Assembly (NCBI GenBank): GCA_012295275.1
Contig: CM022672.1
Span: 35,588,001-35,652,000 of the forward strand
DNA: 64,000 bases
Source: Chrysomallon squamiferum
Taxonomy: Eukaryota > Animalia > Mollusca
Direction: 5' to 3'
Translations under genes and position numbers: made by a program
In this document: positions 42,701 to 54,700 of the stretch, piece by piece
How positions within the stretch are numbered: the stretch's first letter is position 1
How the letters are laid out: each line of letters opens with the position of its first letter
Notes under the pieces: generated by a model
Databases searched by the model: none
Told to the model about the DNA's origin: nothing
The model's input: only the letters and a program-made list of their open reading frames with translations

Positions 42701-45700
42701 GACAGAGAAACATATAAACATACAGACACAGAGAGTGGAAATATACACATGTATACACACAGACACAGAAACATATAAACATACAGACACAGACAGTGGA
42801 AATATACACATGTATACACACAGACACACAGACATATAAACATACAGACATAGAGATACGTAAACACAAATACACACACACAAATACACCAAGATACACA
42901 CACACATATATATATACAGGATAACACATAGACATACACAAACATACACACACACACACACACACACACAGATGTACTCACACATGATAACACAACACAC
43001 ACACCTACACACAAACACATACACACAGATGTACACACATGCATGATAACAGAACACACACCTACACACAAACACATACACACAGATGTACACACATGCA
43101 TGATAACACATGACATATACACAGACGTGCACACACACAGATGTGTATATTTTAATTTCTATATTTTTAAGATAAATATTTCATGAATAAATAAATTTGG
43201 TGTAAACAGATTTTTGAGATGTGTGCAGGTTTGAAATAAATATTAACTGAAAGCAAAGATAGTTCAGAAAGTGTGTATGTTTAAAATAGTTTATTAACTG
43301 TTGTTTAAAAATATGTTTAGCCTTTCATAATGGTGTAGATTAATATATATTACAGAAGGCATTGAAAATGAATGGGATAAAGTAATAAGATATTGTAAAA
43401 ATGGTTTTTTTTTAACTTTGTTTAAAGTGTATTTTTTACTCTGTGTATAATTTTCTTCCATAATGAAAAAGCAGTTGTTTTATTGCTTTGTTTTGTGTTT
43501 TAAGATTTATTTCACAAATTTATTTTATAAGCTTTATTAATGGTAAACTAAAAACAGAAACAACCCATACATCATGTTTGTTTCATAGTTTTTACAAGAT
43601 GTATAGTATTAATATTAAAAATTTCAAAATTGGCATTTGTCGATGTTGGTTTTATTTAATTTGACAGAGTTCTACAAGAAGTGCAGACTCTGACAAACAA
43701 GAGACAAGAAGTGAGAGTGAAGTATCACCACAGAGCTTCCTTGCAGGCCACAGAGAAACAGGCTGCGATACAGGAAGACGAGCGTCCCAGGTCGAAAAGT
43801 CCCAGTTCATACAACATCAACGAAAGAACAATAACTCTGCTGCCAAGTTCGACAGACTCAAAAGTGAGTCACGCTCGAAGTAACCCGACTGAGAGTGACA
43901 AGGGTGTGATGATCCGCGAAGACAAGAACCTGACATTCCAGATCACCCCGAGAAACCGAGGACACAAAGTGAACTACAAGATAGCCAAGTGCTACTCGAA
44001 TCTCAGGTCGAGAAGTAGGAAGCTGGACTTCACTCACGTGAGAAGCAGAGTGAATTCTGGGATTGATGTGCGTACAGTGATTAATGACTGCAAAACCAAA
44101 AGGATAACTGAACCGTCTAATTTGAATAACAGTTTACAGCTAGAGTTAGGCATGCAGGTGAAACCACTTAAAACAAATACTGGCAACACTTCCCCGTCCT
44201 CTGTTCCCATAGTAACAGTGAAGTACGAAGATGTGGATAAGCCAGTGAAACGAGGGAAGAAACCTGAAATCGTCACCGTGGTGTCGCAGTACATGTCTGA
44301 AAGTGAGGACGAATCAGAACACAGCAACAGAAATGACCGTTCAGCTGTGAGCAGAAGTCGGTCGAACTTGTCCAAAAATTACTACGAGGTTGCCATGAGA
44401 ACGGAACAAGGTAAAATGACAGGAGACAATGAAGAGAGTTCTCCTCCAGTGCTGTACAAAACCATCAAAACAATTGAGTTTGATGAGGCAGGCTACTCGC
44501 CTAAAGAAAGCACAGTGAAAAGTATCATCCCAGGAACAGTATCAACGACCAAACCAAGACAGAAACTGGCTGTGTCTGTTGACTACCTGGGCAGACAGAG
44601 GAGTTCCTCAGTTTCATCCAACACTTCAGTGAGAAAAGTAAGTCACACGTCTGTGTTATGTCTGTGCTTCATACTGTGTGTTGTGTCTGTGTATATGTGT
44701 GTTGTGTCTGTGTATTCTGTGTCTGTTGACTACCTGGGCAGACAGAGGAGTTCCTCAGTGTCATCCAACACTTCAGTGAGAAAAGTAAGTCATATATGTG
44801 TGTTATGTCTGTGCTTCATGCTGTGTATTGTGTCTGTGTATATGTGTGTTGTGTCTGTGTATTCTGTGTCTGTTGACTACCTGGGCAGACAGAGGAGTTC
44901 CTCAGTGTCATCCAACACTTCAGTGAGAAAAGTAAGTCACATGTCTGTGTTATGTCTGTGCTTCATGCTGTGTGTTGTGTGTTGTGTCTGTGTATGTGTG
45001 TTGTGTCTGTGTATTCTGTGTCTGTTGACTACCTGGGCAGACAGAGGAGTTCCTCAGTGTCATCCAACACTTCAGTGAGAAAAGTAAGTCACATGTCTGT
45101 GTTATGTCTGTGCTTCATGCTGTGTGTATGTGTGTTGTGTCTGTGTATATGTGTGTTGTGTCTGTGTATTCTGTGTCTGTTGACTACCTGGGCAGACAGA
45201 GGAGTTCCTCAGTGTCATCCAACACTTCAGTGAGAAAAGTAAGTCACATGTCTGTGTTATGTCTGTGCTTCATGCTGTGTGTATGTGTGTTGTGTCTGTG
45301 TATATGTGTGTTGTGTCTGTGTATTCTGTGTCTGTTGACTACCTGGGCAGACAGAGGAGTTCTTCAGTGAGAAAAGTAAGTCAGACTGTGTCTGTTGACT
45401 ACCTGGGCAGACAGAGGAGTTCCTCAGTGTCATCCAACACTTCAGTGAGAAAAGTAAGTCACATGTCTGTGTTATGTCTGTGCTTCATGCTGTGTGTATG
45501 TGTGTTGTGTCTGTGTATATGTGTGTTGTGTCTGTGTATTCTGTGTCTGTTGACTACCTGGGCAGACAGAGGAGTTCTTCAGTGAGAAAAGTAAGTCACA
45601 CGTCTGTGTTATGTCTGTGCTTCATGCTGTGTGCATGTGTGTTGTGTCTGTGTATTCTGTGTCTGTTGACTACCTGGGCAGACAGAGGAGTTCCTCAGTG

Positions 45701-47790
45701 TCATCCAACACTTCAGTGAGAAAAGTAAGTCACATGTGTGTGTTATGTCTGTGCTTCATGCTGTGTATATGTGTGTTGTGTCTGTGTATTCTGTGTCTGT
45801 TGACTGTTCAAGCAGACAGAGGAGTTCCTCAGTGTCATCCAACACTTCAGTGAGAAAAGTAAGTCACATGTCTGTGTTATGTCTGTGCTTCATGCTGTGT
45901 GGTGTGTTGTGTCTGTGTATATGTGTGTTGTGTTTTGTAAATTCTGTGTCTGTTGACTACCTGGGCAGACAGAGGAGTTCTTCAGTGAGAAAATATTTAT
46001 TCTTTTGTCTGTTTGTTTTGTCTTTTTTTCATGCTGTGTGCATGTGTGTTGTGTCTGTGTATTCTGTGTCTGTTGACTACCTGGGCAGACAGAGGAGTTC
46101 CTCAGTGTCATCCAACACTTCAGTGAGAAAAGTAAGTCACATATGTGTGTTATGTCTGTGCTTCATGCTGTGTATATGTGTGTTGTGTCTGTGTATTCTG
46201 TGTCTGTTGACTACCTGGGCAGACAGAGGAGTTCCTCAGTGTCATCCAACACTTCAGTGAGAAAAGTAAGTCACACGTCTGTGTTATGTCTGTGCTTCAT
46301 GCTGTGTGTTGTGTCTGCATGTGTGTGTTAGCCTGTTCAAGCGTGTGTGTGTACATGAGGCATGTCACTATTTGTGTTTCGTGTGTACTTGCTGGTCACT
46401 GTGCTGTGCATGCTTCTGTGTTTTATAAACATACAGTTATAATTTACAACATAATGAAAATATTTATTCTTTTGGGGTATTTGTTTTTTAATTTTTTTCA
46501 AAAGTATTATGGCTGACAAATATTAATTTGTAGTTACTATAGTTACATCAGTCAGATGACAAACTGATACTGCATTAGGTAAATGAGTGCCACAGTAACT
46601 ACTCTTTTACAGTCAGCAGCAAAGGATCTTTTATTTATATTGTCAAACTCTCTTGACTAGGAAAGGACAAGACATAGTCTTTAATAAACCAGTCTCCAGG
46701 CACTTGTTTGACTGGAAAACAGGCAAATAAATACACGACAAAACTGGATATTTCACAGCAAAACCTTTGTATCAGACAAACTATCATATAAATAACCAGT
46801 AGTACATGACAGAATAAATTCAGTCTCTTTAATCTTGTTTATACCAATCTATAAAGATTACTATTAGTTATGTAATCTGTTTATTGAAATGACAGAAATT
46901 AGAACTTTAGCCTGTTAACAAAATTTTGTTATGGTTTTAGGATGACCACAGGTCAATTCAGATCCCTGGACCATCACAAGAGGAAAATGTTTCAAAATCA
47001 GAACAGAGTTTGAAAAAGGAAAACACTGAAGATAAAAAGCTGGACGACAAACTTCTAAACATGATGTCAAAATGGGCAAAGGTCAGTCTCAGTGTGAGCA
47101 GAATAATGTGTTGAGTGATATGTGATCATGTGTTGTATGTAATAATAATGTGGTAATGTGTGATATGTGATCATGTGTTGTATGTAATAATAATGTGGTA
47201 ATGTGTGATATGTGATCATGTATTGTATGTAATAATATGTGGTAATGTGTGATATGTGATGATGTGTTGTATGTAATAATGTGGTAATGTGTGATATGTG
47301 ATCATGTGTTGTATGTAATAATAATATGTGGAAATGTGTGATATGTGATGATGTGTTGTATGTAATAATAATCTGGTAATGTGTGATATGTGATGATATG
47401 TTGTATGTAATAACAATGTGGTAATGTGTGATATGTGATCATGTGTTGTATGTAATAATAATATGTGGTAATGTGTGATATGTGATCATGTGTTGTATGT
47501 AATAATATGGTAATGTGTGATATGTGATCATGTGTTGTATGTAATAATATGGTAATGTGTGATATGTGATCATGTGTTGTATGTAATAATAATATGTGTT
47601 AATGTGTGATATCTGATCATGTGTTGTATGTAATAATATGTTGTATTATGTGATATGTGGTCATACAGTATATGATTACATATCATACATAATCACATAT
47701 TATTATATAAAACATGCATGTACCATTTATAATTCATTCAGACATCCACAGTGTCAGAAAATTACAGAGTCAAGGAAAGAAAACACTCAT

Positions 47791-47828
<38 letters not shown>

Positions 47829-47962
47829 CAACAGTAAATGTAACAGTAAAATACAGTGAAGAAGAATATTTACAATTGTTTACAAGAATATTAATTTACA
47901 TTACTTTTAATTTTCTAATATAAACATAAATTATTTTTGATTTTTAGACTCCTATCAAAAAT

Positions 47963-47994
<32 letters not shown>

Positions 47995-48041
47995 TATACA
48001 CACAAACACACACATACACATATATACAAACACACACACAT

Positions 48042-48096
<55 letters not shown>

Positions 48097-48729
48097 CACA
48101 CACACACACCTATAAAATGTACATACAGTGAATAATGTAATGTGAATAAATGAAGCTTTACAAAGTTTTGTTTGTTTTCAGCCTCCTATGAAAAGTCGCA
48201 CAGTGCAACCTAACCAGAGGAGAAACAAGCAGACTAAAACTCAGCTGAGACGAGACGCAGATTCTCAAAGTTCAACCTCGGAAATGTCGGAGATTTCAGC
48301 AAAAAACTTGAGTTCATCAAAACAGGATGCACTGGTACAGTCCGAAACAGAGTCAATAACCCTTGTAAGAGTCTCATTTGTTTACACAACTCAAGTTTTA
48401 GTTAATGTACGAGGTTTGTTTAGAGAAATACTGTAATCAATAAAGTGAATTTGACATTTAGCTGGACAACAAAAATACTATATTGTATAAAATATTGTTT
48501 TATGACACATTTAAAAAAAAAGAAAATTTAAATTTAAAATTAATCATTCTATTGATATTTCACCACATCATTTTAGATATAATGATAATATATTATTATT
48601 ATTATTATTATTATTTATTTATTTATTTTATTTATTATTATTAGTTTTATTATTATTATTATTATTATTAATGTTATTATTATTTTTATTATTATTGTTA
48701 ATTAATTTATTTATTGTTATTATTAATTA

Positions 48730-48793
<64 letters not shown>

Positions 48794-51700
48794 GTTGTTA
48801 TTATTATGATTATTATGATTATTATTATTAATATTTTGCAATGTGTAAATGATGTTTAAAATTTTTGTTTTTTCGTTTTGTTACAGAGTCGACCTGACAG
48901 TGGCAGCACAGTTAAATCTCGACCAGCTTCTTGTTTTCAGTCTTCTCTTCAGAGAATGAAGTAAGACAAAGTTTATATCCAAGTTTATAGACATTTCAGA
49001 GAATGAAGTAAGACAAAGTTTATATCCAAGTTTATAGACATTTCAGAGAATGAAGTAAGACAAAGTTTATATCCAAGTTTATAGACATTTCAGAGAATGA
49101 AGTAAGACAAAGTTTATATCCAAGTTTATAGACATTTCAGAGAATGAAGTAAGACAAAGTTTATATCCAAGTTTATAGACATTTCAGTAAGTGAAGTAAG
49201 ACAAAGTTTATAGATATTTCAGAGAATGAAGTAAGACAAAGTTTATAGATATTTCAGTAAGTGAAGTAAGACAAAGTTTATAGATATTTCAGAGAATGAA
49301 GTAAGACAAAGTTTATAGATATTTCAGTAAGTGAAGTAAGACAAAGTTTATAGATATTTCAGAGAATGAAGTAAGACAAAGTTTATAGATATTTCAGAGA
49401 ATGAAGTAAGACAAAGTTTATATCCAAGTTTATAGACATTTCAGTAAGTGAAGTAAGACAAAGTTTATAGATATTTCAGTAAGTGAAGTAAGACAAAGTT
49501 TATAGATATTTCAGAGAATGAAGTAAGACAAAATTTATAGATATTCAGATAATGAAGTAAGACAAAGTTTATAGATATTTCAGTAAATGAAGTAAGACAA
49601 AGTTTATAGATATTTCAGAGAATGAAGTAAGACAAACATTGTATCCGTTTATAGCTATTTCAGTAAATGAAGTAAGACACACATTTTATCCAAGTTTATA
49701 GCTATTTCAGTAAATGAAGTAAGTCAAAGTTTATAGATATTTCAGAGAATGAAGTAAGACACACATTTTATCCAAGTTTATAGATATTTCAGAGAATGAA
49801 GTAAGACAAACATTCTATCCAAGTTTATAGATATTTCAGTAAATGAAGTAAGTCAAAGTTTATAGATATTTCAGAGAATGAAGTAAGACAAACATTGTAT
49901 CCAAGTTTATAGCTATTTCAGTAAATGAAGTAAGTCAAAGTTTATAGATATTTCAGAGAATGAAGTAAGACAAACATTGTATCCAAGTTTATAGCTATTT
50001 CAGTAAATGAAGTAAGTCAAAGTTTATAGATATTTCAGAGAATGAAGTAAGACAAAGTTTATAGATATTTCAGAGAATGAAGTAAGACAAACATTGTATC
50101 CAAGTTTATAGCTATTTCAGTAAATGAAGTAAGACAAACATTCTATCCAAGTTTATAGATATTTCAGAGAATGAAGTAAGACAAACATTGTATCCAAGTT
50201 TATAGCTATTTCAGTAAATGAAGTAAGACACACATTTTATCCAAGTTTATAGCTATTTCAGTATGATAATACTATTTGCATACATACTCATACACATATA
50301 GATTCACCAATATACACATATTTAGAGAGTGTCACATTAATGTTACATCCAGCTTCAATCCAGTTGGTTGAGACTTCAGTGTGACTGGCCATTAAATCAG
50401 TTACAGTACTTGATGCAGTGAGACTGCTGTCAGATCCTGTGACAGATTGTACTGTAGTCCCAGCCGTCAATCCTAGGACTTTTCTTTAATGCTTAAAATA
50501 TCACAATTTACTGTGATGCCATTCATTAACATGACCTAAGAAATCTTAACTTTTCTCTAGAGTAGTTTCAGGTGATTTTGCACTTTCTGAATGCAGGAAA
50601 TAGCAAAGAAACATCATCAAATACCGCACTTTTTGAAGTGTTGTCATGGAAAGAAAATATTTAAAAGAGAAGATTGCATTGTGAAATGATGATAAATTAC
50701 TGAAATAAAAATGATTAAAAATGAAACTTTTTGTTTTCATAATTCACCATTCTTACCAGTGTACATTGTCAGTAGATGAAGGCAGTTTATAATGACTGTT
50801 CACTCATCTTTGATTACAACTTGGAAACTGTACAGACTGCTGTTAACACCTTAATATTTCATCTCTTGATAACTGGAAATCTTGACACTGAAATAGCACT
50901 GACCATTAAGCCAGCCTCATAAAACAAGGGTAAAAACATCAAGTTAAAGTCTCAGCCTACAGTGAACTCAGATCTACTTTTGTATATGTTTTTTTTTTTT
51001 CTGAACACTTCAGAGTAAGTCACAAAAAATAGTGTTTTGTTAACTTTATTTTATTAACTGTTTTCTTCAGGTCGTTCGACACTCGGCGAATTCAGTCAGC
51101 TGCCCTAGCTGCAGAAAGAGAACACAGTAGGTAGACCTAGTTTATAGTACACCAGTGTGTATAGTATACCTAGTTTATAGTACACCAGTGTGTATAGTAT
51201 ACCTAGTTTATAGTACACCAGTGTGTATAGTATAACCTACTTTATAGTACACCAGTGTGTATAGTATAACCTACTTTATAGTACACCAGTGTGTATAGTA
51301 TACCTAGTTTATAGCACACCAGTGTGTATAGTATACCTAGTTTATAGCACACCAGTGTGTATAGTATACCTAGTTTATAGTACACCAGTGTGTATAGTAT
51401 ACCTAGTTTATAGTACACCAGTGTGTATAGTATACCTAGTTTATAGTACACCAGTGTGTATAGTACACCTAGTTTATAGTACACCAGTGTGTATAGTACA
51501 CCTAGTTTATAGTACACCAGTGTGTATAGTACACCTAGTTTATAGTACACCAGTGTGTATAGTACACCTAGTTTATAGTACACCAGTGTGTATAGTATAA
51601 CCTAGTTTATAGTACACCAGTGTGTATAGTATAACCTAGTTTATAGTACACCAGTGTGTATAGTATAACCTAGTTTATAGTACACCAGTGTGTATAGTAT

Positions 51701-54700
51701 ACCTAGTTTATAGTACACCAGTATGTATAGTATAACCTAGTTTATAGTACACCAGTGTGTATAGTATACCTAGTTTATAGTACACCAGTGTGTATAGTAT
51801 AACCTAGTTTATAGTACACCAGTGTGTATAGTATAACCTAGTTTATAGTACACCAGTGTGTATAGTACACCTAGTTTATAGTACACCAGTGTGTATAGTA
51901 TACCTAGTTTATAGTATACCTAGTTTATAGTACACCAGTGTGTATAGTACACCTAGTTTATAGTACACCAGTGTGTATAATACACCTAGTTTATAGTACA
52001 CCAGTGTGTATAGTATACCTAGTTTATAGTATACCTAGTTTATAGTACACCAGTGTGTATAATACACCTAGTTTATAGTACACCAGTGTGTATAGTATAA
52101 CCTAGTTTATAGTACACCAGTGTGTATAGTATACCTAGTTTATAGTATACCTAGTTTATAGTACACCTAGTTTATAGTACACCAGTGTGTATAGTACACC
52201 TAGTTTATAGTACACCAGTGTGTATAGTATACCTAGTTTATAGTACACCAGAGTTTATCAAACAAAACTGTTTTATAATTTTACTTATTTATTTAGTTAA
52301 AATGAATCAAAAGTCTAGAAATATATGATATAGCACACCTAGTTTATCAAACAAAACTGTTTTATAATTTTACTTATTTAGTTAAAATGATAAAAAAATG
52401 CACAAATATATGATATAGCACACCTAGTTTATCAAACAAAACTGTTTATAATTTTACTTATTTATTTAGTTAAAATGAATCAAAAATCTAGAAATAGATG
52501 ATATAGCACACCTAGTTTATCAAACAAAACTGTTTTATAATTTTACTTATTTATTTGGTTAAAATGAATCAAAAATCTAGAAATAGATCATATAGGTACA
52601 CCAGTGTTAATCAGGCAGACAGAATTATTGTATAAATGGACATATGACTTTGTTTTCGAATTTTATGTGGATCAGAGATCTAGTTTATGTATTTCTGTTA
52701 GAACATGGACCAGAGCACTACTTTCAGAGTATTTATAAAAAAAAACATTATTAACATTTAATTTAATTTATTTTCTTTTTTAAGTGAAATTATCATGAGC
52801 AGAAGACAGTAATCACTTTGAAAAATATTGAATTTTCATTAAGAGAAGCATTATATAATTTGAAACATATTTATTTTTTGTTAAAGAAAACATATAATTT
52901 GCAAAATGCTGATTTTTTGTTAATGGAATGGAGGTGTAAAATTTTAAATGTTTACTTTAAAGGGAAATATGCTGTGTACACGCGGTCGTTTGCTCGACGC
53001 CAGATCATGCAGAGTCCTCCTCCACCAACAGACGTCGTTTACCTCAACACCAAGAAACATCCAGTAAGTAGTTGTTTACCTCAACACCAAGAAACATCCA
53101 GTAAGTAGTTGTTTACCTCAACACCAAGAAACATCCAGTAAGTAGTTGTTTACCTCAACATGAAGAAACATCCAGTAAGTAGTTGTTTACCTTAACACTA
53201 AGAAACATCCAGTAAGTAGTTGTTTACCTCAACACCAAGAAACATCCAGTAAGTAGTTGTTTACCTCAACACCAAGAAACATCCAGTAAGTAGTTTTATA
53301 CCTTAACACCAAGAAACATCCAGTAAGTAGTTGTTTACCTTAACACAAAGAAACATCCAGTAAGTAGTTGTTTACCTCAACATGAACAAACATCCAGTAA
53401 GTAGTTGTTTACCGTAACATGAACAAACATCCAGTAAGTAGTTGTTTACCTCAACACCAAGAAACATCCAATAAGTAGTTGTTTACCTTAACACGAAGAA
53501 ACATCCAGTAAGTAGTTTTTTACCTTAACACCAAGAAACATCCAGTAAGTAGTTGTTTACCTTAACACAAAGAAACATCCAGTAAGTAGTTTTATACCTT
53601 AACACCAAGAAACATCCAGTAAGTAGTTTTATATCTCAACACAAAGAAACATCCAGTAAGTAGTTGTTTACCTTAACACAAAGAAACATCCAGTAAGTAG
53701 TTTTATACCTTAACACCAAGAAACATCCAGTAAGTAGTTTTATACCTCAACACAAAGAAACATCCAGTAAGTAGTTGTTTACCTCAACATGAAGAAACAT
53801 CCAGTAAGTAGTTGTTTACCTTAACACTAAGAAACATCCAGTAAGTAGTTTTATACCTTAACACCAAGAAACATCCAGTAAGTAGTTGTTTACCTCAACA
53901 CCAAGAAACATCCAGTAAGTAGTTGTTTACCTCAACACCAAGAAACATCCAGTAAGTAGTTGTTTACCTCAACACCAAAAAACATCCAGTAAGTAGTTTT
54001 ATACCTTAACACCAAGAAACATCCAGTAAGTAGTTGTTTACCTTAACACAAAGAAACATCCAGTAAGTAGTTTTATACCTTAACACCAAGAAACATTCAG
54101 TAAGTAGTTGTTTACCTTAATACCAAGAAACATCCAGTAAGTAGTTTTATATCTTAACACCAAGAAACATCCAGTAAGTAGTTGTTTACCGTAACACAAA
54201 GAAACATCCAGTAAGTAGTTTTATACCTTAACACCAAGAAACATCCAGTAAGTAGTTGTTTACCTTAACACGAAGAAACATCCAGTAAGTAGTTGTTTAC
54301 CTCAACATGAACAAACATCCAGTAAGTAGTTGTTTACCTTAACACGAAGAAACATCCAGTAAGTAGTTTTATACCTTAACACCAAGAAACATCCAGTAAG
54401 TAGTTGTTTACCTTAACACGAAGAAACATCCAGTAAGTAGTTTTATACCTTAACACCAAGAAACATTCAGTAAGTAGTTTTATACCTTAACACCAAGAAA
54501 CATCCAGTAAGTAGTTTTATACCTTAACACCAAGAAACATCCAGTAAGTAGTTTTATACCTTAACACCAAGAAACATCCAGTAAGTAGTTGTTTACCTCA
54601 ACATGAAGAAACATCCAGTAAGTAGTTTTATATCTCAACACAAAGAAACATCCAGTAAGTAGTTGTTTACCTTAATACCAAGAAACATCCAGTAAGTAGT

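Noticed and set aside
39106-43138. Long ORFs rich in C/V/Y/M or H/T/Q (also near 13.8, 19.2, 20.5, 27.7-28.6, 30.6 and 51.2 kb)
   Set aside because: These are translations of (TG)n/(CA)n and minisatellites, open in several frames on both strands.
51127-51132. Donor at 51131 (AG|GTAGAC) for exon 51071
   Set aside because: It gives the wrong phase for the downstream exon chain; CA|GTAGGT at 51127 fits.
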